In this document: piece by piece, positions 14,957 to 29,174 of the stretch
Position numbering within the stretch: the first letter of the stretch is position 1
How the letters are laid out: every line of letters starts with the position of its first letter
Assembly (NCBI GenBank): GCA_951406725.2
Contig: OX597840.1
Coordinates: 248,001 to 312,000 of the forward strand
DNA length: 64,000 nucleotides
From: Octopus vulgaris
Lineage: Eukaryota
Direction: 5' to 3'
The notes under the pieces: generated by a model
What the model was told of the DNA's origin: nothing
The model's input: only the letters and a program-made list of their open reading frames with translations
The model's database searches: none
Position numbers and translations under genes: made by a program

Positions 14957-15816
14957 CTTGAGAACAATTTTTCTTAGTGGTCAGACCATATGGGGTCTAT
15001 CTTTAGCATATTAGAAATCCACCAAGTGATCATTTCTCTTATATGTATGTAATATAATTTTCTGAATCTTCAGATTTTTTTTCAATATTTAGATATTTTT
15101 TCAATATGGGTGGATTGGCGTGAAAAATGGCACACGTGTGGGGACGGGTGCATAAATTGGAATACGGTTTGTATTTTTTCTAATGGAATTCCCTTGTTTC
15201 TTCCGGCATTAAAACAACCAGTTGCTCACACAGACGGCATATACCATTTCGCTAGCAACAAGGGGAGTACAGGATGACAGTCAGCCAAAACTTTCGCTAT
15301 GCTGTCTCTCTTACTACGTACAAATACGTCAATCATCACGACAAACACCTTCACTCATTCTCTCAAACTCTCTTTCTCATCCTCTTTCTCTCTCACATAC
15401 ACACGCGTAAGCACGCACGCACACACACACACAAGTCCATTTCATATATCTTCTTTCAATTTCTGCTCTCTGCAAATAATTTTTTTACGGATACAACTGC
15501 TTACAAAAATAGGGATTTATGTATAATTTATTTCTATGTTCATAATTAAATCAATGTTTTAATGATTAGACAGAGGTCCAATAGAATAGCTCTCAGAAAC
15601 AGACTATGTACAAATTCGTTCTTCACAAATCCTGAAGCTGTTTTCTGACAGCGGTGGGGAGTCAGAAAATGTTCATACAGCTGGCTCCAATCGAAACAGA
15701 GGACCCGAAATGATAAGGTTGAGAAACGCTGTTATAGATTATCCCTAACCGAAAATGATCGCAGCCACATCATCCAAACAGACCGGGTGAAACCGGGCTT
15801 AGCTGCAAGTACATAT

Positions 15817-16229
15817 AAGTTAAGTTAAGTTAATTTTTTGGCTCAAAAAGCAAAAAGCAAGGCCTTGTAGGGGGGACATGGAGTTATGTACAGGGGTGTT
15901 CATGCAAAGAGTTCAGACCATTTCTGGTCAAGAGAGAATTTGAACCGAGCGGTCGTCGGCATCTTCACTATCTCGTCCGGCAGCTTATTCCACGGATCCG
16001 CAACCCGGACGGAGAAAGCCCCTCTCCTTCGATTGAGATGAAATCGTCGCAGATAGAGCTTTTCGGAGTGACCCCGCAACCTACGCTCTGGAGCAGGAGT
16101 GAAGAACAGCTCTTTCGAGAGGTTACACTTTCCGATTATGATGTTGTGAGCAAGAATGAGATCACCACGGCGTCGTCGTTTTTCTAGAGAATAAAGGTCG
16201 AGCGTCTTCAGCCTTTCTTCATAAGACAA
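15817..16229 (-). mobile_element. CR1-type LINE 3' end (ORF2 C-terminus, 3' UTR, (TTAAC)n tail)
   Basis: SYEERLKTLDLYSLEKRRRRGDLI..RGHSEKL..FSVRVADPWNKLP matches the CR1-group ORF2 C-terminal pattern. Confidence 0.9.
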
Positions 16230-16366
16230 ATGTGTATATATATGTATATATATATATATCTGAAGTAGATAAAGGTACGAATAATGGAGTGTAAATAAAT
16301 ATTGGGTTGAAAATACGTTGGATCGGAATTGTGAGCGGCTGTCCGCAGGACTGGAACCCGTGGGAA

Positions 16367-16750
16367 TGGAAGCACTCCGTCGGTTACGACGATGAGGGTT
16401 CCGGTTGATCCGAATCAACAGAACAGCCTGCTCGTGAAATTAACGTGTAAGTGGCTGAGCACTCCACAGACACGTGTACCCTTAACGTAGTTCTCGGGGA
16501 TATTCAGCGTGACACAGTGAGTGACAAGGCTGGCCCTTTGAAATACAGGTACAACAGAAACAGGAAGAAAGAGTGAGAGAAAGTTGTGGTGAAAGAGTAC
16601 AGCAGGGATCACCATCATCCCTGCCGAAGCCTCGTGGAGCTTTAGGTGTTTTCGCTCAATAAACACTCACAACGCCCGGTCTGGGAATCGAAACCGCGAT
16701 TGTATGACCGCGAGTCCGCTGCCCTAACCACTGGGCCATTGCGCCTCCAC
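16367..16750 (-). mobile_element. SINE family C, full length
   Basis: Reverse complement of the 9342 copy. Confidence 0.92.
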
Positions 16751-17013
16751 TCTGGAACCTGTATCTCCTCTAAACATGATCGAGTTCCTACTCATATGCG
16801 AAAGCAAGACATCAAATATCCCCATTCATTATTTTATAGATTTATCTATTTCGAGTTTTGCCGTTAAACACCATATAATGCACGCCTTTCGAAGTTCCTA
16901 AACTATCATGGCGTAAACTATGTGTATATACATATAGTTATTTATATATATATGTATGTATATGTGTGTGAGTGTGTACATACATGCAACACACTTATAT
17001 ATGCATACATAAA

Positions 17014-17065
<52 letters not shown>

Positions 17066-17104
17066 CACTCATATAGATGCTTACATACATACATACATAC
17101 ATAC

Positions 17105-17135
<31 letters not shown>

Positions 17136-17605
17136 TACATACATACATACATACATACATACATACATACATACGTACGTACGTACGTACTTACATAGTT
17201 GCTTGGTTCATCAATGTCAAATTCAGAAAGCGTTGTAATTCTGATAAAAGAGCGTTACTATGGAAATTAATATTGTGATCCTTAAATGTGCAGTAAGGAT
17301 AAAGACCGTTGAACGTTTCTCTGTAGTAATTAATGTAAAATCCTAGAGGTAATTCTTTATCAATGAGTGTTAATGTCATTTAGAAAGTTCCAGAAAGTTT
17401 CGTGTGATTTTTTTAATGCACCCAGTGGTTCGTTAGCTGATTGTATGTATGTATAACAAGCAGCTGAACGTTGCAGTGTCAGTTATACAGGTCATACATA
17501 CACATATACACATATATACATACATACATACATACATACATAAACACTCAAATGAACATATATATATATATATACTTATCTATATATACATATATATATA
17601 TATAC

Positions 17606-17639
<34 letters not shown>

Positions 17640-17659
17640 GTATATATATATATATATGC

Positions 17660-17704
<45 letters not shown>

Positions 17705-17742
17705 TATGCATATGCATACGAATATATATATATATATTTATA

Positions 17743-17779
<37 letters not shown>

Positions 17780-18091
17780 CACGCATGAGCATGCAAAGGC
17801 TTATATGTATGTGCATGTTGTGTGTGTGTGTGTGTTCTAAATTACGTAGATACATTTTAATTTCCAATTTCTTCTTGATCAAGCGACGCAGATATAACGG
17901 AAAAACTCGCTGAAATTCCGCAATTTCTTGCGTTTAATTATGTCAAAATGATCTACTTTCAATTTCACTCAGTTTGTGTTCGTTCTGCTGTGTAATGTAG
18001 TAGGTCTTGAAGCTGAACTTATTTTCGGTGTCTCCTACCTCTACTTACATTTATATAACTATTATTACTATTATTACTATTACTATTATTA

Positions 18092-18537
18092 ATGTAGCAA
18101 GCTGGCAGAATCGTCAGCACGCTTGGATGAAATGCTAAGCGCTATTTCGTTTGCCGCTACGTTCTGAGTTCAAATTCCGCCGAGGTCGACTTTGCCTTTC
18201 ATCCTTTCGGGAGTCGATAAATTAAGTACCAGTTAAGCACTGGGGTCGATATAATCGACTTAATCCGTTTGTCTGTCCTTGTTTGTCCTCTCTATGTTTA
18301 GCCCCTTGTGGGTAGTAAAGAAATATGTATTTCGTCTGCCGCTACGTTTTGCGTTCAAATTCCGCCGAGGCCAACTTTGCCTTTCATCCTTTCAGGGTCG
18401 ATTAAATAAGTACCAGTTACGCACTGGGGTAGATATAATCGACTGAATCCGTTTGTTTGTCCGCTCTTTGTTTAGCCCCTTGTGGGTAGTAAAGAAATAG
18501 AAATAGGTATTTCGACTGTCTTTATATTCTGAGTTCA
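18092..18537 (+). mobile_element. SINE family A head-to-tail multimer (about 2.2 units)
   Basis: Tail aaagaaata joined to internal gtatttcg twice; followed by an inverted family B head (18538-18620). Confidence 0.85.
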
Positions 18538-18623
18538 CTTGTCTAATGTGCCACGCTGGGGGACTGAACCCGCTACCATGAGGTTGGTAAGCAAGCTAAT
18601 TACCACACAGCCACTCCTAATCC

Positions 18624-18721
<98 letters not shown>

Positions 18722-19214
18722 TATAGGTTTGCTAGAACAAACATGATAAAAAGAAAAATCAGTAAATGAGACTATATCTTATTAGTTTGTACCGGTAGAA
18801 AGTGACTCAAAGGTGACTTAGGAACCGAGAGTTTCGTTCAGAGAACAAGCTAAACTGCCTTCGAATGGTGTGTATAGAGTGAATTGAAAACATTTCCGCT
18901 TTGTTATATTTGAAATTAAAATTTGTGTGTCCCTGTAATTAATTTGAATTTCTTCTATGAATAGAAGCAAACTCTCCGATTTGATGAAAGTCTCGTCCTG
19001 TGAATCACTTTTGTGTGTTTCAGTCTATTGAAAATAATAATCGCTTCGTTCTCCCCCCCACCTCTCTATGTGTATGTGTGTGTGTGTGTGTGTGTGCATT
19101 TATACATACGCGCCTAAATATATGTTTATGTATGTATATACACACATACATATATATTGCTGTGTATATATATATATACCTATATATGTATAACTATATA
19201 TATATATATATATA

Positions 19215-19270
<56 letters not shown>

Positions 19271-19441
19271 TTATCTATATGTATGTATATACACATATAC
19301 ATATATATTAGTACATATATACCTATATATATATATATATATATATATGTATAAGTGCAAATTCAATATATACATATGTATATATATCTATATGCACACA
19401 CATATCTATATACGTACATATATGTGTGTATATACATGTAC

Positions 19442-19488
<47 letters not shown>

Positions 19489-19613
19489 TTTATATACATA
19501 TATGTATGTGAATGTAAACGCATACACAAACACGCACAGACACACACACACACAAGCACAAATACATATATGTATACACACACACACACACAAGCACAAA
19601 TACATATATGTAT

Positions 19614-19646
<33 letters not shown>

Positions 19647-20444
19647 TGTATATATGCAGACACGAACACGCTGAGCCACACATACAGGCACTGAAAGTCT
19701 CTCAAGTCACAACGTGACAGTCTACAACGGTGGGACGAGAACGTGAGTTGGAAATCAGCCACCATTTTGTAGCTTGCTACGCGTGTTTCTTTTTTTTTTT
19801 TTTATTTTGTCTCTTTACTTTTGTTTTACTTTTGTTATAATTTAGGTCTTTTCTTTTATCTTTTTTTTTTTTTTTCAAAAATTTTTACTTAATTTTCTTT
19901 TTTTTTTTTTTTGGCTTCTTGTGTTAGTTTTGGTAGGAGAGAATAGAAGATGGAAGCGCAGAAGGGGAGTGGTGCGAGGGTACGTCTGGTACAGAATTAA
20001 GACATCGTTTGTGGAAGTGGAGGGGGGGGGGGGTATGCGTGTGAGGGGTGGGGGTGGGGTGGGGTGATAGTCCGTGAATGTTAATGGCGTTTTGTCTGTA
20101 TAAAGGTTGTCAGCTACTGGTATGGTGTAGTAGTAGTAGTAGTAGTAGTTGTAGTTGTAGGAGTGGTGGTGGTGGTAGAAGTTGTGGTAAGACATGGTGC
20201 TTGTAGTAGTAGCTGTAGTATGAGTAATGGAATTTTTGCTGCTGCTACTACTACTACTACTACTACAACCCCCACAACCATCACCACCACCACCATTGCT
20301 ACTACTACTACTACTGCCACCATTGCTACTACTACTATACTACCACCACCACAACTACCACCACCACAACTACCACCATTACTACTACTACTACTACCCC
20401 CACAACTACCACCATCACCATGGTGTGTGTGTGTGTGTGTGTGC

Positions 20445-20778
20445 CTGACGGGATTCTTTCGGTTTCCGTCTACCAAATCCACTCACAAGGCTTTGGTCTG
20501 CCCGAGGCTATAGTAGAAGATACTTGCCGAAGTTGCCACGCAGTGGGACTGAACCCGGAACCATGTGGTTGGGAAGCAAGCTTCTTACCACACAGCCAGA
20601 CCTGCGCCTGATGGGAATCTTTCAGTTTTCGTCTACCAAATCCACGCACAAGGCTATAGTACAAGACTATAGTAGAGGCTATAGTAGAAGACACTTACAC
20701 AAGGTACCCGCAGTGGGACTGAACCCGGATCCATTTAGATAAGAAGCAAACTGCTTACTACACATCTACTCATGCCCT
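20445..20778 (-). mobile_element. Two tandem 5' halves of SINE family B
   Basis: gtctaccaaatccac...gcagtgggactgaacccgga occurs twice. Confidence 0.85.
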
Positions 20779-20971
20779 ACCTGATATGATCTGTATATGT
20801 TGTAGTACAGTGTGGTGTAGTGAGGTGCTGTTTCGTGTTGTGTAGTGTATGTGTTGTAGTATGATGCAGTCTGTGTCGTAGTATATGTATAGCAGTGTTG
20901 CATTGTATATGTTGCAGTACAGGGTGGTATAGCGTAGAGTAGTTTAATATAGAGTGGTATAACGCACTATG

Positions 20972-21415
20972 AAGGCGGCGAGCTGGCAGAAACGTTAGCA
21001 CGCCGGGCGAAATGCTTTGCAATATTTCGTCTGCCGCTACGTTCTGAGTTCAATTTCCGCCGAGGTCGACTTTGCCTTTCATCCTTTCGGGGTCGATTAA
21101 ATAAGTACCAGTTACGCACTGGGGTCTATATAATCGACTTAATCCGTTTGTCTGTCCTTGTTTGTCCCCTCTGTGTTTAGCCCCTTGTGGGTAGTAAAGA
21201 AATAGGTACCAGTTACGCACTGGGGTTGATATAATCGACTTAACCCGTTTGCCTGTCCTTGTTTGTCCTCTCTGTGTTTAGCCCCTTGTGGGTAATAAAG
21301 AAACAGATAAATTAAGTACCAGTTACGCACTGGGGTCGATATAATCGACTTAATCCGTTTGCCTGTCCTTGTTTGTCCTCTCTGTGTTTAGCCCCTTGTG
21401 GGTAGTAAAGAAATA
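20972..21415 (+). mobile_element. SINE family A with its 3' half present three times
   Basis: gtaccagttacgcactgggg...tttagccccttgtgggta occurs three times. Confidence 0.9.
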
Positions 21416-21973
21416 GTTATATCGCACTATACTAAAGCCATGCTCAAGCATGGCGGTGTGGAGATCTGTCAATATTCGGTGCAGTGCAGATGTGTCTGGG
21501 TACGGGTACAGCGATGTGGTGAGCTACAGCAGTAGAATAGCCTCGGGGGTCTTGTGATGTCTGCTGACCTTGTTATTCGCTGGTGAAGCGATATAATGGC
21601 GTAAAATGCCAATGAAACACTCAGTCATATAGTTTCCGTATTTCGTTACAAGTTAATTCGATAATGGACAGATTACACAACATTTGTCTCTCCTCATACA
21701 TAGAAATCTATTTTTTTCCCCGCCGTATTTATAAGTCTATCTGGTCGAGTTCGTAATGGTACCATTAAATACATTACCGTTGTTGTTATTGTTGATGATG
21801 ATGATGATGATGATGATGATGCTGATGTTGTTGGTGATGTAATTTAGACCCAGGTGAACCCTGATCTCAAAGACCTCAGACCAAATATGTCTCCAGTCGT
21901 GAATATACTTCCGCATTTTAGAGTGTGTGTATATTTATATTATCGAATCTGTTATTTACTCACTGGCTCTATT

Positions 21974-22018
<45 letters not shown>

Positions 22019-22165
22019 AATGTGCGTGTGAGTGTATGTGTGTGCGTGTTTTTGTGGGTGGGTGAGCATATATGTATTTATATACATATTATATATACTC
22101 ATACATTATATACATCTGTCAATCTCTCTCTCCCTCTGTCTCTTTCTCTCTCTTCATAGAGATGC

Positions 22166-22197
<32 letters not shown>

Positions 22198-22338
22198 TGT
22201 CCATATATATACATATATCTATACACACGCACACACACACACACACACACATACACACACATATATATATATAAACTTATATGGATGCGTGGCGTTGAAT
22301 CAAATTATAATATAATATAATATAATATATATAATATA

Positions 22339-22643
<305 letters not shown>

Positions 22644-23079
22644 CATATGACGAGAATCTTTCAAAGCATTCTTTTGCCACAATGGGAAACATTAGGAAAT
22701 ATAGCATACATACAGATATACAGACAATTATTACATTTTAACCTTTATCAAATTTCTTGCTGCTTTTACAAATTAATGCAATGAATACTAATTTTCTAAC
22801 GGAAAATATTTATTACCTTCAAATATAATTGAATAAAAACAAATTTCACATTTGTATATTTCCGATAAATATATGTTATTATTTTGCTAAAGTTTACCAA
22901 CATAAGTGTGCTCCATTAAAAACCTATATCTACAAAAATTTCATGAAAAAAAAATGTTTCTCTGAAAGTTGCTAGAGATTAATCCAGCAGTTCTTTTTGT
23001 TAGTTCTTCTCACATTTCTTTTTTACATTTTCTTCCACTCTCTCTTATACGGCAGGTATATATACATACATACATACAT

Positions 23080-23116
<37 letters not shown>

Positions 23117-23117
23117 G

Positions 23118-23170
<53 letters not shown>

Positions 23171-23171
<1 letters not shown>

Positions 23172-23322
23172 AAATAAGCAACAAGAATAACTTCGGTAAT
23201 TTGGTACGATCGTTTCACGCTACATCATTTTAAAACTGTTGTAATACTTACAATATTTAATAAAATGATGTAGCATGAAACGATCGTACCAAATTACCGA
23301 AGTTATTGTTGTTGCTTATTTT
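23171..23322. repeat. 62-bp near-perfect inverted repeat carrying the HHR 3' half GAAACGATCGTA
   Basis: 23171-23232 versus 23261-23322, two mismatches. Confidence 0.85.
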
Positions 23323-23466
23323 TTATTATAATCACCCCATGGATTTATATGGATAACACCATACAAAATTCTGGTGCATCTAACTTAAGTACCATATCCA
23401 TTTGAATCTAAATTTTGCTGAACTTATATATATATATATGCACTTTATTAATAAAGCTGCAAATAT

Positions 23467-23523
23467 ATCACAAAAACTGTTACTCAGAGTTTCACGTTTC
23501 CGTTCGACGGACAGTTCTGTGAT
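23467..23523 (-). ncRNA. Second copy of the 8499 hammerhead family (core CCGTCGA, A6U)
   Basis: Reverse complement: cacagaactgt-CCGTCGA-ACG(gaaa)CGT-GAAA-CTC(t)GA-GTA-acagtttttgtg; bracketed by inverted ctttattaataaagctgca. Confidence 0.7.
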
Positions 23524-23656
23524 GATGATGATGTCTCTGCAGCTTTATTAATAAAGCATATTACTCTACCTCCGGTATTCGAGTACTATTTTTTCCACCT
23601 TGTTTCATATTTGTGACCTTACTCTGGTATATATAGATACATACATGCATAACGAC

Positions 23657-23744
<88 letters not shown>

Positions 23745-23953
23745 AAAACTATACAGGATAAGAAAAATTATAGAATTTTTTTCTACCAGTGGACTAGAAT
23801 ATACATTATTCATATGAAATTAGTGTACATTTAAACACATAAGAGGTGCCTTGACAGGACACTTAGCATGCTAGAAAGACCAGTCAAAATCCAAACCACG
23901 GTTAGGGGTAATTTCGAAGGGAATGAAATAAAAACATTTACCATATTTTGCTA

Positions 23954-24020
23954 CCGGACCATGGTTTCGAACTTTAATTAGCAAATAAAATAATTTGTTA
24001 GGCGAAGTTCTCATCAGCGG
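23954..24020 (-). ncRNA. Canonical type-I hammerhead ribozyme motif
   Basis: Reverse complement: ccg-CTGATGA-GAACTT...AAGTTC-GAAAC-CATG-GTC-cgg; all core nucleotides canonical; predicted cut between 23957 and 23956. Confidence 0.85.
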
Positions 24021-24347
24021 ATACGCCAAAGATTAACATAAAATTATGAGGCAGAATAGCGCATGTCTCATCTTTATATATTATAATTTTTGCTGCCGAA
24101 GGCATTTCGCCTGGTGCGCTAACGTTTCTGCCAGCTCGCCGCCTAAGACCTCTTCTCTTCTGAGGATCGAATTCTGGAGGTGGTGCATTTCTGTACACCC
24201 GCAAATGCTATTCTCGCATTCAGTCCATTGCCCTGCTTGCCACTACAACGTAGCACAACAAGCAAGCTTGCTAGTGCCATTACAATTGGAATTATAAGAA
24301 CAGAAGATAGAACGATCAAATATTTATTTTCTAGTAAACGTTAGAGT

Positions 24348-24864
24348 GTGGAGGCGCGTGGCTTAGTGGTTAGGGTGTCAACATGAGGATCGTAAGATTG
24401 TGGTTTCGATTCCTGGACCGGGCGACGGGTTGTGTTCTTGAGCAAAACACTTCATTTCACGTTGCTCCAGTCCTCTCAGCTGGCAAAAATGAGTAACGCT
24501 GCGATGGACTGGCGTCCCGTCCAGCTGGGGAACACATACGACATTGAAACCGGGAAACCGGGCCCATGAGCCTGGCTAGGCTTTAAAAGGGTGCATTTAT
24601 TTTAGTGGAGGCACGTGGCTTAGTGGTTAGGGTGTCAGCATCATGATCATAAGGTTGTGGTTTCGATTCCTGGACCGGGCCACGCGTTGTGTTCTTGAGC
24701 AAAGCACTTCATTCACGTTGCTCCAGTCCACTCAGCAGGCAAAAATGAGTAACGCTGCGATGGACTGGCGTCCCGTCCAGCTGGGGAACACATGCGCCAT
24801 TGAAACCGGGAAACCCGGCCCATGAGCCTGGCTAGGCTTTAAAAGGGTGCTGTTATTTTATTTT
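24348..24864 (+). mobile_element. Dimer of tRNA/CORE-like SINE family D
   Basis: Units start at 24348 and 24605 (gtggaggc..tggcttagtggttaggg..ggtttcgattcc); one TSD taaacgttagagt at 24335 and 24865. Confidence 0.9.
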
Positions 24865-25384
24865 TAAACGTTAGAGTACACACACACACACACGCACACA
24901 CACATACGCATGCAAAAACTTAAAAGCAAATATAATTCGTTTGAAAAATAACTCGTTCTTATCATTTTAGAATTACAAATTTTTTTTATTTAAAATAAAA
25001 CAAGTCGAGATTATGTACTGTTAGATATCTTATTTAGATTCATTTTCTCAAAAATGACAGATAGCCGGGAAAAAAATATTTTATAATATTAAAAAAAATT
25101 ACTTGTCCTTATCATTTTAAAATTACGATAAATTGTATTTTTAAAAAAAATTAGCAGATACTATATAATATTTTATGATATTTTGTTTTCTTAAAAATAT
25201 ATCTGTTTCTACGATAATTTCTTTTTAAATATGTTTTTTTTCAACTATTTGATGAAAACATACGAATGTAAAAACTCCGAAGTCGCTATCAATAATTTAA
25301 CACGTAAGGTCCACGTAAGGTCCACTTACGACAAACGATCACTCGGAGATGTGTAGAGTGATTCTTCAATAACGGAGTGTTTAC

Positions 25385-25601
25385 ACACACATACACGCAT
25401 ACATACACGCATACATACACGCATACATACATACATACATACATACATACATACATACATACATGCATACATACACACACACACATACATACATACATAC
25501 ATACATACATACATACATACATACATACATACATGCACACATAGATACATACACACATACATACATACATACATACATACATACATGCATACATACATAC
25601 A

Positions 25602-25635
<34 letters not shown>

Positions 25636-25695
25636 CATACATACATACATACATACATACATACATACGTACATACATACATACATACATACATG
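25385..25695. repeat. (TACA)n microsatellite
   Basis: Directly visible. Confidence 0.95.
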
Positions 25696-25751
25696 CATTT
25701 AAACATACATACTTCTATGAAATGTAAATATAACAGGATGTATAAATATAT

Positions 25752-25950
25752 ATCTTTTTCTATTTGTTTCAGTCAATTGACTGCGACAATGCTGGAGCAC
25801 TGCCTTTAGTCGACCCCTGAACTTATTCCTTGTAAGGCTAGTACTTATACTATCGGTCAATCGCTAATTTACGGTCTATTGCTAATTTACGGAGATGTAA
25901 ACACACCGGCACCGGTTGTCAAGCGATGTTGGGGGGACAAACACGGACAC
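25752..25950 (-). mobile_element. SINE family B 3' half, diverged
   Basis: tgtttcagtcaattgactgcg...gtcaagcgatgttggggggacaaacac. Confidence 0.8.
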
Positions 25951-25974
25951 ACGCACACACACACACACACGCAT

Positions 25975-26022
<48 letters not shown>

Positions 26023-26092
26023 ACACAGAACGAACGAACGTGAGGACGTGCACAAGGAATGTATTAGCATGACGCTCGGTGAAAGGAGAGAG

Positions 26093-26125
26093 TTTGACGT
26101 TTCGAGCACAGCTCGTCGTCGGAAA
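26093..26125 (-). ncRNA. Ultra-minimal hammerhead motif (U4C)
   Basis: Reverse complement: ttt-CCGACGA-c-GAGC(tgt)GCTC-GAAAC-GTC-aaa; lies in a ~160-bp island related to 45283-45472. Confidence 0.65.
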
Positions 26126-26199
26126 GGAGAAATGGAAAAGTCCGATGAGGGAGAAGAAAACGAAATCACCAGTGGGCCACGTGGATTTAGTTATATTTT

Positions 26200-26254
26200 A
26201 TGCATGTATGTATGTATGTATGTATGTATGTATATATGTATATATGTATGTATG

Positions 26255-26288
<34 letters not shown>

Positions 26289-26852
26289 TGTATGTGTGTG
26301 TGTGTATGTATGTAATGTATGTATATATGTATGTGTGTATGTGTGTATGTATGTATATGTGTATGTGTGTGTATGTATGTATGTATGTATGTATGTATGT
26401 ATGTATGTATATATGTATGTGTGTATGTGTGTATGTATGTATGTGTGTATGTGTGTATGTATGTATGTATGTATGTATGTGTGTATGTGTGTATGTATGT
26501 GTGTATGTGTGTATGTATGTATGTATGTATATGTGTATGTATGTGTGTATGTATGTGTGTGTACGTATGTATGTATGTATGCATATATGTATGTATGTAT
26601 GTATATATGTATGTATGTATATATATATATGTATGTATGTATGTACGTACGTACGTACGTATGTATGTATGTATGTATGTATGTATGTATGTATGTATGT
26701 ATGTATGTATGTATGTATGTATGTATGTATGTATGTATGTACGTACGTACGTACGTACGTACGTATGTATGTATGTATATATGTATGTTTGTATGTATGT
26801 ATGTATGTATGTATGTATGTATGTATGTATGTGTGTATGTATGTGTGTATGT
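26200..26852. repeat. (TATG)n microsatellite
   Basis: Directly visible. Confidence 0.95.
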
Positions 26853-26859
26853 CTCATCG

Positions 26860-27038
26860 CGCTTCGCATTCTTTTGGCTTTCGAATGATGCCACCGTGCT
26901 GGCAAGGGGAGCAGGCCTACGTTTGCCCTGAACAGAAAGTTAGTCCGTGGTAGGGGTAACCCATTTACAGCCGAGTGGCCTGGTGCAACGCGAAATGTAT
27001 TGTTTTTCCCAAGTACATAATGCACCGCCCAGTCCGGC
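26860..27038 (-). mobile_element. Diverged CORE-like SINE fragment related to family D
   Basis: The reverse complement of acccatttacagccgagtggcctggtgcaacgcgaaatg resembles catttcacgttgctccagtccactcagc. Confidence 0.6.
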
Positions 27039-27082
27039 CTAATGTATCAAAAAGAAGTTACAAGCCAAAGGCGATGCAAATA

Positions 27083-28022
<940 letters not shown>

Positions 28023-28405
28023 GCGCTGTATTTTAAAACAGCTTTTTATAAATCTTGAAGATTGACATAGAAAGAGAACCAGGCGAGACTCAATTAGACC
28101 GGCAACAACCGGAAGTCGCGTATTTTTTTCTTTCTTTAATTTTTTTTTGTCATATGAAATCATATTTATTTTTTGTTTTTCTTTCCGTTCTCGCCGCCAT
28201 CTTTTTCTTCTCTTCTTCCACACTTTATTCGTTCATGCTAACTTTCTTCTTACCGATTTACCTTCTCTCTTTCCTTCGATCCATCATTCGTTCCTTCTTT
28301 TTCTCTTTGTTTCTTTCCTTCCTTCTTTCTCTCTTTGTTTTCTGTCTCCCTTTCTCTCTTCCTTCCTTCCTTTACATCTTTCTTTTCTTCCTTCTTTCTC
28401 ACTCA

Positions 28406-28461
<56 letters not shown>

Positions 28462-28463
<2 letters not shown>

Positions 28464-28688
28464 TCTTTTGTTTACATTTGACCGTGGCCATGCTGGAGCA
28501 CCGCCTTTAGTTGAATCAAATCGACCCCAAGACATATTCTTTGTAAGCCTAGTTCTTATTCTATCGGTCTATTTTGCCGAACCGTTAAGTTACGGGGACC
28601 TAAACACACCAACATCGGTTGTCAAGCGATGTTGGGGTGGGGGACAAACACAGATACACAACATATACACAAACATACATATATATAC

Positions 28689-28746
<58 letters not shown>

Positions 28747-28909
28747 GACGGGTTTCTTTCAGTTTCCGTCTACCAAATCCACTCACAAGGCTTTGGTTGG
28801 CCCGAGGCTATAGTAGAAGACACTTGCCCAAGGTGCCACGCAGTGGGACTGAACCCGGAACCATGTGGCCGCTAAGCAACTACTTACCACACAGCCACTC
28901 CTGCGCCTA
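28462..28909 (-). mobile_element. SINE family B, full length
   Basis: Both halves present, with an internal (TA)n tract. Confidence 0.9.
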
Positions 28910-29112
28910 TATATATATGTCTGATGTAATATATTTATACGTATATATACACACGCATGCGCATACACACACGTGAAAATAGTTGTGCGCATCCCCCATC
29001 CCCCCACACATACGCATATTCGTATTTTCTTCTTAATTTCTTGTCTCTCTCTTTGGCTTTTCTGTTCTCACCAATCTTTTCCTCATTTTAGTCCTATTCT
29101 TTGGCGACACAC

Positions 29113-29141
29113 TCATCATCATCAACATCGCCACCATCGCT

Positions 29142-29174
<33 letters not shown>

